From Lingula anatina (taxonomy: Eukaryota > Animalia > Brachiopoda): a DNA stretch of 64,000 bases. The position numbers and the translations under genes were made by a program. Below the pieces are notes generated by a model. It was not told where the DNA came from. It searched no databases and worked only from the letters and a program-made list of their open reading frames with translations. Of the stretch, positions 24,571-35,400 are shown in pieces (position 1 is the stretch's first letter; each line of letters starts with the position of its first letter). The stretch covers positions 25,008,534-25,072,533 of the forward strand of contig CM120644.1 in NCBI GenBank assembly GCA_051362555.1. The letters are read 5' to 3'.

Positions 24571-24735
24571 ATGGCTGACTTTGAACTATGGCAGAGCAAT
24601 ATAACTGACTGTGAATTGGTTGCTCACGTGGAACAGTTTGAAATAGAGCAAGGCTTTCAGCACCAAACCATAAGCGATGATGAGCTGGCCGAGCATTTAG
24701 AACATTTTGAAGAAAGCACAAAAAAACAAAGGTGA
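24571..24735 (+). CDS. Small acidic ORF (54 aa) or first exon of a Polinton gene
   Basis: TATAAAA at ~24518 and ATG at 24571; internally repeated I(T/S)D.EL..H.E.FE motif. The ORF end overlaps a strong donor-like site AAG|GTGAGT. Confidence 0.45.
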   Translation: MADFELWQSNITDCELVAHVEQFEIEQGFQHQTISDDELAEHLEHFEESTKKQR

Positions 24736-24809
24736 GTGGTAGTATTGAGATCAATCGCGAAAACTATTATAAAGTGTCGTGTTGTGGTTTGCAAAAGTCA
24801 TTTATCACC

Positions 24810-25454
24810 ATGGGTGACGTGCGTTTTAAATCGCCCAGTACGATGCTTGTTTCTGGTCCAACGAAATGCAGAAAAACTACTTGGGTGAAAAATCTTCTGC
24901 TAAATGCGGGTATAATGATATCTCCGCCTCCCGATAAAATATTTTATTTCTATTCGATCTGGCAACCCGTTTTTATTGAAATGGAAGACGTCATCAACAA
25001 CATAACATTTGTGAAAGGCATACCAGTTGACTTTCAACCGGAGAACTTTTTTGACGCAAATCTAAGCAACCTGGTCATTTTTGATGATTTATTCGCAGAA
25101 GCGGGGAGTGACAGTAGAATTCGCGATTTATTTACCAAAGGCTCTCATCATTTGAACGTCAGCGTTATATTTATAATGCAAACACTATTTCCAAAGGAAA
25201 AACAAGCCAGAACAATCTCTTTGAATAGCCACTTTATCGTGCTTTTTAAAAACCCGAGAGATGTTCTCCAAGTAAGAACCTTAGCCACACAAATGTACGG
25301 AGAAGCAAGCGGTTTTCTCGACGTGTTCAAACAGGCAACAGAAAAACCGAACGGTTATCTACTGATTGATTTGACCCAAGATTGCGAAGACGAAATTCGA
25401 TTGAGAACTTGTGTATTTCCTGGAGAGACGCAAATTGCGTTTGTGCGCAAATGA
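24810..25454 (+). CDS. A32/FtsK-HerA-type genome packaging ATPase (Walker A substituted)
   Basis: VSGPTKCRKTTWV, Walker B LVIFDDL, FTKGSHHLNVSVIFIMQ, RTISLNSHFIVLFKNPRD, YLLIDL. Likely ATG at 24810. Confidence 0.93.
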   Translation: MGDVRFKSPSTMLVSGPTKCRKTTWVKNLLLNAGIMISPPPDKIFYFYSIWQPVFIEMEDVINNITFVKGIPVDFQPENFFDANLSNLVIFDDLFAEAGSDSRIRDLFTKGSHHLNVSVIFIMQTLFPKEKQARTISLNSHFIVLFKNPRDVLQVRTLATQMYGEASGFLDVFKQATEKPNGYLLIDLTQDCEDEIRLRTCVFPGETQIAFVRK

Positions 25455-25494
25455 CTGAGAATACAAATTTGTATAAATATTTAACTTTTCGTAT

Positions 25495-25860
25495 GTGCGA
25501 AGTTATTCGTTGGGGGACATTGAAATAGTCACAAGACATTTTTTGGATCAGACTATAAATGTTCGTGAAGCCTCTGTTTTGAGTTATTGTAACATGAAAG
25601 CTGAGGCCGAAAAGTTATACCGTGTTCATGTCAAACTACTTTCAATCGCAAATGTACTGTACAACAAGGATCTTAAACTAACTTTAAAAGAAAAATCGGG
25701 TTTACGCAGAGTCAAACGCATCGTAGTCCGGCTGGCTGATAAAAAAGTATCCATACAGTCCAAGAAACAACTTTTGTTACGAAACACGCCTGTGGTTAAA
25801 GCAATTTTAAATCCGATATCAAGACATGTCAAGCTTTCAGAAAATGGTCTTGATAAGTGA
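25495..25860 (+). CDS. Small basic conserved Polinton protein
   Basis: 'IANVLYN..KLT..EK..LRR.K..V.RLA.K.VS...KKQLL' pattern, in the position immediately after the ATPase typical of this element group. True start may be the ATG at 25594. Confidence 0.65.
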   Translation: MRSYSLGDIEIVTRHFLDQTINVREASVLSYCNMKAEAEKLYRVHVKLLSIANVLYNKDLKLTLKEKSGLRRVKRIVVRLADKKVSIQSKKQLLLRNTPVVKAILNPISRHVKLSENGLDK

Positions 25861-26512
25861 AACCGAACTTAACGCCTTAAAACAACGGGTGAACAGCAAT
25901 TATTCCCCTTTACAAGAAGAAACATTGCAATTGCAAAATGAAATGGCGAAGACGATGCAAAGGACCGACATACCTTTTGACGAAAAAATGAAAATGTACA
26001 ACGACCTGCAAGTTCAATATTTGAAGATTGCGCGAAAAAAGGAGCCTGTTGCTGTAGTGGTACAGAATTCACCGGCACCCTCCATACAAAACGTGTCAGC
26101 ACCAACGGAAAGCCCTCCCGTAAAGACAGAAGACGTTCCTATAAAGCCCTATCTTAACAAAGAAATATTAGACTCGATTCCACAAAGGATGCGAAAAAAG
26201 GCTGGGGTAGTACTGAGATACATGTCTAATAATCCCAATGTATTGTCCTATAACGAACAAGGGTTATTAAAAGTTGATGGGAATGTAATAGATGGTACCA
26301 ACATTGTAGATTTGATGAACGATCTTTACGTATCGCGTAAAAAGTATACCCCTCCCGGGCTTTCCACCTTTCTTCAGGGTTTAAAACGTCTCAATGTACC
26401 GTTAAATACTATCTCAAACACCAAGCGACGTAAACAGATTGCAGATGGAGATACCTCATCTGCCAGAAGTCAGATGGGCTCGGGTTATCTAGCTTCGTAC
26501 AACATATATTGA
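25826..26512 (+). CDS. Conserved uncharacterised Polinton protein
   Basis: 228-aa open frame: KMVLI..., EM...M...EK.K.Y..L..Y, ILDSIP...KKA..L.Y...SYNEQG...DG..I.GTNIVDL..D...P.G...F...L...NVP...I.N. Confidence 0.8.
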   Translation: MSSFQKMVLISETELNALKQRVNSNYSPLQEETLQLQNEMAKTMQRTDIPFDEKMKMYNDLQVQYLKIARKKEPVAVVVQNSPAPSIQNVSAPTESPPVKTEDVPIKPYLNKEILDSIPQRMRKKAGVVLRYMSNNPNVLSYNEQGLLKVDGNVIDGTNIVDLMNDLYVSRKKYTPPGLSTFLQGLKRLNVPLNTISNTKRRKQIADGDTSSARSQMGSGYLASYNIY

Positions 26513-26558
26513 AACGGTTGTTATAAAGCCATTCTTTATTTTGCTTGAAGAAACGTAT

Positions 26559-27086
26559 TTAATACATAAAACCTAAAGACTTTTTTGATCTGCAAGCTTG
26601 AAAACTCGTATTTACAAAACTGGGTATAATGAAATGTACATTAACATAATCATACACTAATATATCATTGAATTGTTTGTCACGAGCAAAGCTTTTAAGA
26701 ATGTGCTGTAAAGTCTTCCCTCGAGAACGGTTTGTTAGATAATATATACAGTATTGTCCACACACTTTCGTATAAATGCTCTGCAGTGTTTTGGTGTTAA
26801 GAGTCCATCCAGATGCGGAATTCTCGTCCAAAAAACGTTTAAACGAATCGTTGTAATAATAAGGTTCTCGACCGTAAAAGTCAAAAAATTCTCCAGTCCC
26901 GTTTTCGTCGAAGTAAAATGCGACCCAGTGCACGCCAGGCCTGTCGTGTGGGTCGGTGTTTGCAATTACGCATGCGGGGTAAGTCCTTAACTGACTAGGC
27001 AGTGTGTCCGCTGCAAATACTCCTTCAAAACAAGTGCTTGTAAACGGGTCGTTTTTAAGTAGACACTCCAGTTGTTTCGTGTTCAT
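26559..27086 (-). CDS. Adenain-like (clan CE) cysteine maturation protease
   Basis: IANTDPHDRPGVHWVAF (catalytic His), EFFD (Asp), LQ....VCGQYC (oxyanion Gln, catalytic Cys). ATG at 27086 lies just after the capsid stop. Confidence 0.93.
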   Translation of the reverse strand: MNTKQLECLLKNDPFTSTCFEGVFAADTLPSQLRTYPACVIANTDPHDRPGVHWVAFYFDENGTGEFFDFYGREPYYYNDSFKRFLDENSASGWTLNTKTLQSIYTKVCGQYCIYYLTNRSRGKTLQHILKSFARDKQFNDILVYDYVNVHFIIPSFVNTSFQACRSKKSLGFMY

Positions 27087-27088
27087 TT

Positions 27089-28399
27089 TCAATACTCCAC
27101 ATACACACCCCTGCGTTGATCAATTTTTATAACCGAGTCAAATTCGGCTAAAACTACCAAGATGGTGTTATCTACTGCTTGTCCGAACTCCAAATTAACG
27201 TTCAAGGAACCCTGCTTCGTTGGCGTACTGTAATTTTCAAAGTTTTTATCTGATGTCAAGTCAAATCCAAACAGAGTGAACCCGTTCAAAAACTCTGTTC
27301 TATCTATGTCAATGTCTTGTTCCCCGCTTGCAGCACCAACTGACGATAAAAGGTCGAAATAGGATCTTATGTAACCTAGACCACCATTCACCCCAAAATC
27401 TAGATTGTACGGTTTAAAGGGTATTTGCTCCCCTGCCACTGTTAAACGTAGCTGTTTCAGGTCATTGTGCTTAAAATTGAACGGGTTTCTTTCATAATCA
27501 CCACTTAAGGCAGTGTCTTCAACCATACCTAAAACGAGTCGCTTTGGCATTGTTCCGATGTAAACATTATCCAGATTTACATTTCGGACACCATTCGGTA
27601 GGTTGATGACCTTGACCTCTCTTCTGGTCATAGGATAACAGGCCAAATGTTTGGTTAATATGGTGTCGTGGGCCGACTTCAACCGATCAGAGACTTTGAC
27701 TCGTCTTACGAAAAGAGATATGTTTTTGATCAGAAATTTTTCGTCTTTTGTTTGGGTTTCTGACATCAAACAAAACGCATGCGGTGTTCTCCTCAGCTTA
27801 ATTCGCACGTCTACGTTATTAAGCAGCAACTTGTCCTGGTTTGCCAAATCTATTTTTAACCCTCCATACATCTCCACATTTCTGCTTCGTTGAAACCAAG
27901 CGTAGCGTGCTGTCAACCCATCATTTCCCGGATCACCATCAACATCTGTATCATTCATTTGACCTGCTGTGTCTTGGTACCACATCTCACTCGTCATCCA
28001 CGTGTTTTTAGCATTACTCCCATGATACAATAGGTTTTCTAAATACGCTCGATAAGGGTAGGTGTTTTGACTCGGGGTTATCAAATAATCGTTCAGCTCC
28101 ACGTCCACCGATGAAAATAACGAGTGAAGCGTGTTGTTCACGACGCATGTGTTTTGACCGGGATCAAGATCACTTCCATCTGCCTTGACGACTTTGCCTT
28201 CTACGAACAGGTTAATATGAGTGGGGTCTATGTATTCGTCAGGTGTGCCTTTTATGACGAATTCGACAACGTTGCTTGCGTCTGAAACAGCAGACGTCGG
28301 GCGGACCTCTTCATCGGCGGTAGATATAATATCCGTTTGATAAGCTTCTCGTATATTAGAAAATAGATCAAGTTCTGTTTTAACGATTGGGTTGTTCAT
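27089..28399 (-). CDS. Major capsid protein (double jelly-roll, hexon-like)
   Basis: 436-aa intact ORF: ELDLF, NNTLHSLFSSVDV.LN, YPYRAYLE.LL, Q.KLLLN.VD.RIKL.R, P.RLVLGMV, NPFNF.H, GFTLF.FDL..D, G.L...L.F. Confidence 0.92.
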   Translation of the reverse strand: MNNPIVKTELDLFSNIREAYQTDIISTADEEVRPTSAVSDASNVVEFVIKGTPDEYIDPTHINLFVEGKVVKADGSDLDPGQNTCVVNNTLHSLFSSVDVELNDYLITPSQNTYPYRAYLENLLYHGSNAKNTWMTSEMWYQDTAGQMNDTDVDGDPGNDGLTARYAWFQRSRNVEMYGGLKIDLANQDKLLLNNVDVRIKLRRTPHAFCLMSETQTKDEKFLIKNISLFVRRVKVSDRLKSAHDTILTKHLACYPMTRREVKVINLPNGVRNVNLDNVYIGTMPKRLVLGMVEDTALSGDYERNPFNFKHNDLKQLRLTVAGEQIPFKPYNLDFGVNGGLGYIRSYFDLLSSVGAASGEQDIDIDRTEFLNGFTLFGFDLTSDKNFENYSTPTKQGSLNVNLEFGQAVDNTILVVLAEFDSVIKIDQRRGVYVEY

Positions 28400-28401
28400 G
28401 A

Positions 28402-28746
28402 CTAAAAATTTGTATCTCGCGTCTTGGCTGGACGTGACCGTTTTGTCTTCGTTACTTTAGTTCTTCTGACTTTTTTAGGTGCACTGTTCTTATTTATAGT
28501 CATGGAGTTTAAAGTTTTTCTTACGACGTCACCATTCACATACAAGTCTGGTGCACGCCTCTTTTTAGGTTTTCTTTTTGCTGTGGTCTGACTGGTTGGT
28601 CTTTTTAATTCCAGCATTTCAGCGCGTCGAGGTTGAAGTAGTCGCCCACCACCTCTTTGAGTCCTTGCACCATGAAACTTGTGTATAGAACCCCCGCCTG
28701 CCTGTGTCTCGTATCTTCTCACTAATGCTTGATAAACAGGATCCAT
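28402..28746 (-). CDS. Basic core/protein-VII-like virion protein with adenain-type cleavage motifs
   Basis: Y..QAGGG and QRGGG motifs followed by a Lys/Arg-rich body; located between penton and MCP with 2-nt stop-to-start spacing on both sides. Confidence 0.7.
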   Translation of the reverse strand: MDPVYQALVRRYETQAGGGSIHKFHGARTQRGGGRLLQPRRAEMLELKRPTSQTTAKRKPKKRRAPDLYVNGDVVRKTLNSMTINKNSAPKKVRRTKVTKTKRSRPAKTRDTNF

Positions 28747-28748
28747 TA

Positions 28749-29480
28749 TTACAATAAGCTTTTTCGTCGAAAATGTAATGTTGCGATCGTCTTCCCACTA
28801 TCGAAATGCACAAGTTCACCCGTGTCGCGACTTATATCTATTCGAATGGTATCAATGTGATGTTGACTCAAAGGAATGTAAATAGGTGAATCAAATGTTT
28901 TTGTAACAACTTCCTCATGTTTACTGTCGACGCCGACGATCCTCAGTAAATTTGCAGACGCATCCCCCACCAACTGGTTTTGTATGATATCTGCGTATAC
29001 ATAGAGCGAATTAAAACCCAGCGTCATGTTGGGAGGGTGAGGAGCTATCGCGTCCGAAGTTATCTGAGTGTCCGTTGCCCAACCTAACATTTTTCCTACA
29101 TCGCCGGTAAAATCAAAACTTGCACCGGAACGTAAATGAACTGTGACCCGTCTCGATATAATATTATACCCTAATGTGATGTTTGTTTTTCCAATAGTTG
29201 ATAGTTCATCGTGGATTGTGGTTATGAGGTCATTGACCGTTCGATAATATCCACCAGGGATAGTTAATGTGTTTGTCTTCAAGCCATTGTAATACGTCAC
29301 GACACTGTCTTTTACATTTTTCCACGTTTTTGGGTATTGTAGTTCCACTAATGCAACTTCGTAGTCGCCGTCTAAATGCAAGGTTGATGACAATTTTGTC
29401 TGGAATGACTCGGCTCTGTTGTTCGGAAAATATTTAAAACTGCTGTTGGATGGTAGGATAACGTGAAAGGACGAGGCCAT
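28749..29480 (-). CDS. Minor capsid (penton-like, single jelly-roll) protein
   Basis: SFHVILPSNSS..YFP.N....FQTKL..L.L.G.YEVAL.E..YP; LYVYADII..QLVGD....LLR.V; YIPL....I.I.I..D.G..V.F..G....TLHFR. Confidence 0.88.
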   Translation of the reverse strand: MASSFHVILPSNSSFKYFPNNRAESFQTKLSSTLHLDGDYEVALVELQYPKTWKNVKDSVVTYYNGLKTNTLTIPGGYYRTVNDLITTIHDELSTIGKTNITLGYNIISRRVTVHLRSGASFDFTGDVGKMLGWATDTQITSDAIAPHPPNMTLGFNSLYVYADIIQNQLVGDASANLLRIVGVDSKHEEVVTKTFDSPIYIPLSQHHIDTIRIDISRDTGELVHFDSGKTIATLHFRRKSLL

Positions 29481-29517
29481 CGCTCCAACTGAAGTTGCGG
29501 ACAAAACGAAATATCGT

Positions 29518-30372
29518 TTATACCGTTTTAACGTCTGATGCTTTGACCCAACTATTAAATTTTTTCGGGTAACCTCGCCATTGAACGAAATGTTCCCTCG
29601 ATTTACCCTTGCCTCTGGATTTTATAATTTTTTCTACTCTATACACATCGTCTTTCTTCACGACGCGAATCATTTCAGGCTCGTACAAGACACCCTCTAT
29701 CTCTTCTCCTTCGTAATCTTCCACCTTGTACACCGGCGGTGACCTGTTTAAACGTTGCTTTATCGTAAACAACTCCTGCGTCCAACCCTGCTCGTAGCCT
29801 TTCGCAAAGGGAGACCTATGTTTGCTCAACCTTACTGTGTCTCCCACCTTGAATTTAAACTTTGCTTTTTCAAAATTCATATCCCCGTAAAGGTTTTTCC
29901 ATACTGCGTCTGAGTTTTTTTCTTTCGAGGCCTCTGTCGGCGACATACCGATGCTCCGGTGTTTAGCCCCGTTGTACCCCGTCAGCAGTTGGTCGAGTGC
30001 GTGTAAGTACGTCAGCGTACTGTTAGCGGTGAGATATTTAAACATAAAAGATTTCAAACTTCTGTTAAAACGTTCCACGATCGAACTTTTTCGTTCCGAC
30101 TTTGTTGTGAAAAAGGTTATTCCTTGTTCTTTCAAGTATGCCTGGAATTTTCTATTTGTAAATTCTGTTCCAGCATCTGTTTGTAGGATCGTCGGTTTTC
30201 GACCTCCCGCTAAAATACCACTGAAAGCTTGTAGCACGCTATTAGCAGTTTTTGATTCGATGGCCACGGCCCACGCGTACTTTGAAAATACATCAATCAC
30301 AGTTAACAAAAATTTCATTCCTTTATTGTATTTCGATAATTTGCTGAGGTCAGCTAAGTCGGCTTGCCAGAT
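29518..30372 (-). pseudogene. Retroviral-like (rve) integrase with C-terminal chromodomain; N-terminus truncated
   Basis: DDE triad WQADL / QTDAGTEF / VERFNRSLK; chromodomain YRVEKII..R......FVQWRGYP..FNSWV. Homology ends just upstream of WQADL and there is no ATG. Confidence 0.92.
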
Positions 30373-30379
30373 ACAAGGA

Positions 30380-30883
30380 AGAAACAATAAAAAGTGCTAC
30401 TCGGACACGATTCACAAAGTCAGTGCTATCCATCAGACAAAACGTCTGATTTGTCACATTCCCTGACCCTGAGACCCTGTAGACACTTCATTTGTCATGT
30501 TTGCTTACCTAGTTACAGAGATACAGAAGTAAAACGTTTTTTTCAGTAATGACGATCTTAATTTGCATATTTAGGAAAATTGCGTAAATCTAATTTTTAC
30601 AGAAAATAATGTTCCTCGACCCTGAAAATATAGGTAAAGACACTTCATTTGTCATATTTGCTTGTCTACTTCCAAAGATATTCCAGAAAATAGGAAATCT
30701 GGCGGCCCTTTTTTTTTTTTTTTTTTTGAAATTAGACCGAGAAAAACGCAAAATTCTTTCGGGAACCAGGTTAATTGGAATCAGCATCCCAAAATTATGC
30801 TTATGAGCCTGTTTCCCAACTTTTACCCCAAAATGCCCCTTGCCTCTTATGCAGAGCCTTTTTTCAAAAATCTCACTAGACTA
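30380..30883. mobile_element. Non-autonomous DNA transposon fragment (possibly Academ-like end) abutting the truncated integrase
   Basis: Internal duplication 'agacacttcatttgtcat.tttgctt'. Ends ...ctcactagacta (TAG..CTA-type terminus), where L2 homology begins. Confidence 0.4.
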
Positions 30884-30884
30884 T

Positions 30885-31300
30885 GTTCAATTGCAGATGA
30901 CACCCACTTTTATAATACTTGTGAAAGTAATTACTCTATAGCAGTCACTTCAATAGAGGGATACGTAGCTGAGATTCGTGCTTGGATGAGGACAAATAGT
31001 TAGTCTTAAATGATGGAAAGAACTAACTAACATGGTTTACAACAAGGTTTTAAATGAGAAAATACAACAAAACTTAGTACTTGCATCGGGGATTTTACCA
31101 TCAAGCAATCTACACACTAGTGCGTGAAAGATTCGGATGTTCCTTTTGACTGTCGCGGAATTATTGATAGAGGAATTTCTGGAAGTCAACATCAAATTAA
31201 CTCTGGCGAATAAGAAATATTTACAGCTTACTGGACAAAAATAACCAGCTGAGAAAAGAACATGCTTTCATGGCATCTAAACTACTGCAATTAGCACCTA
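30885..31300 (+). mobile_element. Highly decayed L2/CR1-type RT fragment
   Basis: ADDTHFY...I...VAEIRAWM..N.L.LNDGK pattern with many frameshifts. Confidence 0.65.
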
Positions 31301-32469
31301 TATGGTTTAGGCAACCAATATCTTACCTCCACTGTCCGTTTCTCTTTCTGGGTCACTCAGATCATCTGGAGCTTCCGCCATTTTCCCTTTTCGGCTTCCT
31401 TTCGCTTAGATTTGACTGAACCTGAATAGAAGAATTAATGGATTGAACGTAAGACTTACCTAGAATAAAATTATTTTTAAAGTTTGCCTACTTAAAAGCG
31501 CTCAAGCTATATAGCTAAAGGGATATGTGCATTTTACCAGTAAACAAACTGGTGTATAAGATACGATGAATTTTCATTTCTAAACAAGACATTTCTTAAT
31601 TCCTATGCAATTTCCTACTTTCCATAATAAGTACTCCTGTATGACTGCATGGTGATGTGAACATTTAAATTGAACAACAAAATAAAAGACATGGTAAAAA
31701 AGCAAATAAAATTCTCCTCTACTTCACTGCATCAGATAAAGAAGGCATGCAGCAAATTTGAGTCATTTGAAACATGCTTCAATCCTGCTACACATCTGCT
31801 ACATTGATCTTATCCTGTATAACCTATTGCGTATTTGAACTAGACGTGCAACATGCACCTCTTCATCTGAAAAAATGCTTCACAATTCCACTTCAAAACA
31901 GCTGAAATGTTTCTTCGATCATGTCTGCAGTCAAGCGATCTATTTATTTCAATGGAGTAATGCGAACTTGAAAAAAAACAAAACAAAAACAAAAGACTTT
32001 CAATCAATACTAATACAATCCACACATGATATTATATTTAAAACTTTGTTTGTAAACCTGGGCTTGAGACGTATTTCTTAAGTGGATGTTTCACAGTTGA
32101 ATTTCCGTGTTAAAATTTTTACTTAATCTTTTATTGTATTGTGCGTGGAATGGTGTACCGCTAGATTCAATTATAATTCCATTATTAAAATGTGCCTCCT
32201 CATACTACCTTTAGTCATTCCATTGTACCCTATATTTCAATTGCATTTAAACTTATAATATCAGTGGACCTTTTCTGGTCTCGTCATATTCCACAACATA
32301 GTGTGTAAACATTGGCTGATACAAAATTTGTGAAGATTTAACTTAAAAATATTCAAAATAAAGGTCAACAGTCAAACCATATGGAACTGAAATTGGCTTT
32401 GCTTGTATCCCTACTGTACAGAAAACAGAACTTTTGCATGTTATATCTTATCCGCATTCACAGCGGTAA

Positions 32470-35400
32470 ACACTTAGTATCCAGCTACATCAGTTGTGTC
32501 ATCAGGCGTATATTTTTTATCCGTATCAAACCAATTCAAAAACATATAAACATAAACACTATATACATAGTTGGTCTAGTAGAAAAAGCACTGATGCGCA
32601 GTAAAATGAAGAACAAGATGGCGGATGTCAGCTGAAACCGCTGCTTTCAAATGTCCCACTTTAGTGACCATGTTAATTCTACATTTACATGTAACATCAC
32701 ATGTGAACGAATACTGTAATTACTCTGATAATATTAGATGTATTTTAAATCATTTTGAAACCTCATACTACCACGAAAGCTTACCCTTTTTGCTGAAACT
32801 GTTCACAACCAAGACTTCTACGCAGTACAGGTACGTATTCTATATGACCTCAATTGATCAAGGGTAAATGAAAAAAAATCCAATTTTTTGCGTCCTCTAA
32901 AAGCGTTATAAAACCTTATACTGTGGGGCAGTCTTACTGAAACTGTGTATATTTTATCAAATGTACATACAGTGTACACTTAGAATCCAGCCACACCTGT
33001 TGTCTCACCAGGCGTATATTTTATCCCCACCAGTCTAATTCCGCAGTATAAAAAATACTGTATACAATGTATGTCTGATAGATGTGGCACTCCTGCGCAG
33101 TAAGATAAACAACAAGATGGCAGATACAGTGCAGCTTTATATTCTGCAGCTTTCAAATGTCCAACTTATGTCACCATGTTATTTCTACATGTACGTGCAA
33201 CGTCGCATGTGAACGAGTACCGTAATTACTCTGATCATATAAGACGGATCGTAAATCGTTATGAAACCTCATACTACCAAATTAGCTTACCTTTTTTGCC
33301 AAAACTGTTCACATCTCAGACTTCTATGCAGTACAGGTACGTATTTTATATGGCTGCAATTGATCAATCGTACGTGAAAAAAAAATCAAATGTTTGCGTC
33401 TTCTGTTCCATTATGTGCACGATAAAAGCCGACATTGTGTCAATAGTTTCTTTATTATTCCTTATAAATCCTTAATTAGTGTGGAATATTGATTTCTTAT
33501 TCAAGCCACAGTGCATTCTGTATTTATTAATAGGCTGGTGCGGAAAAAAAATACTTTATTCGAAGGTAATTATAGAACAAATATCCAGACGCTCCTCAGG
33601 GGGCAGTCATTCTCATAATATTTGAAAATTTTGTCTTTTGTAAACCTTTTTCCAAAATAAAATAGTTGTCATTATTTGAAATATTCGTATTTTTGTTGTT
33701 GTTCGGGTTTGTTTATTCCTTAAATTATCATCAAACGACATGTTTGAGCAGTATGCTTCATATATACATTGATTTCTTATATTTTGTATTTGTCGAAGGT
33801 GAACAAAAATGTCATATACTTGGTGAAAACCCATTTCATGTTAGTTTTGGTGTTTGCAAATTCACTGTAAGTGTAACTCAACTAAACTTTTAAATCTGTA
33901 TCCACAGTTGCCTAGAAAAAAAACATGGCATTACAAACAACAAATATATTCACACCCTTCTGACAAAGCTTAAGAGTTCTTTATGTGCCTTAGTCCATCA
34001 TATATGAAAGGAAATTAATGATATTCATTTTAACTCTGAAACTTGAATTATGTCTTTGGACTGGAAATATATTAATACAAGCTGAAGGGTCAGTTGTTTT
34101 CAATGCAATTACTTTAATGCAATGTTGTTTCTTGTTGCATGATCGAATTGCAATTTGTCAAACCCGGATAGAAGAATAAAGCAATAAAGCAAAAGAGTAG
34201 CAATGGAGAAGAAAGATATGGGCTAAAGGTAAATTGTTTAATTTATAATTGCAGTTTTCAAATGAAATTGGTGTTTGCTATTTTTTGTTATTTTTGTATG
34301 TTATTCTCTTTCGCTCATTTAGTACTGGCAAAAAAGCAAATAGTTCAATATTATAAAATCAATGTCATTCCCGTTGATCAGAAAACTCAATAATCTTAGA
34401 GTAGCAGTTATATTGATCACATTATTTGGGAAAATAAATAAGTACACCTGTGTCAAACATGTAACTGTAAATTTACTTTGACAGTAATATATTGAAGGGA
34501 ATGAGCAGTAAAGGTAATGAAGAGTGAAGGTGATGAAGAGGAAATGTTTAAAATAAATTGGATGGATGTTTTTTTTTTCTACACTACACAGAAAAGGGGG
34601 AGTTTGAATGTTATATTTTATCAAATGTACATACACTTAGACTCCAGCCACACCTGTTGTCTCACCAGGCGTATATTTTAGCCCCACCATTCTAATTCCG
34701 CAGTATAAAAAAAATACTGTATACATAATATGTCTGATTAATGTGGCACTCCTGCGAAGTAAGATGAACAACAAGATGGCGTATACACAGCTTAAACTGC
34801 AGCTTTCAAATGCCCCACTTAAGTCACCATGTTATTTCTACATGTACATGTAACATTACATGTGAACAAGTACATTAATTACTCTGATAATTTTAGACTA
34901 TTTTAAATTGTTATGAAACATCATACTACCAAGTAAGCTTCCCTTTTTTTTTTTTTTTTTTTTTTTTCCGAATCTGTTCACATCTCAGACTTCTATGCAG
35001 TACAGGTACGTATTTTATACGGCTGCAATTGATCAATCGCACGTGAAAAAAAAATCAAATGTTTGCGTCTTCTGTTCCATTATATGCACGATAAAAGCCG
35101 ACATTGTGTCAATAGTTTCTTTATTATTCCTTATAAATATTTAATTAGTGTGGAATATTGATTTCTTATTGAAGCCACAGTGCATTCTGTATTTATTAGT
35201 AGGGTGGCGCAGAAAAAGATATTTTTTCGAAGGTAATTATAGAACAAATATCCAGACGCTCATCAGGGCGCAATTATTGTCGTAATTTTTGCAGATTTTG
35301 TCTTTTGTAAACCTTTTCCAAAATAAAATAGTTGTCATTATTTGAAATATTCTTATTTCAGGGGTTGTTCTGGTCTGTATATTCCTTAAATTATCATCAA

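Larger units (their letters stand above)
21102..30372. mobile_element. Polinton/Maverick (adintovirus-like) endogenous viral element; left terminus present, right part missing
   Basis: Begins 5'-AGTAGT exactly where LINE homology ends, matching the AG/(AGT)n termini known for Polintons. Carries a compact intronless cluster of ATPase, adenain, capsid proteins and rve integrase. Confidence 0.93.

Noticed and set aside
23223-30372. Bacterial or phage contamination (dense intronless ORFs)
   Set aside because: The gene set is Polinton-type with a chromodomain integrase and TATA/AATAAA signals, and the left end joins precisely into a host LINE.
29951-30466. 171-aa plus-strand ORF
   Set aside because: Antisense shadow of the integrase with no recognisable motifs.
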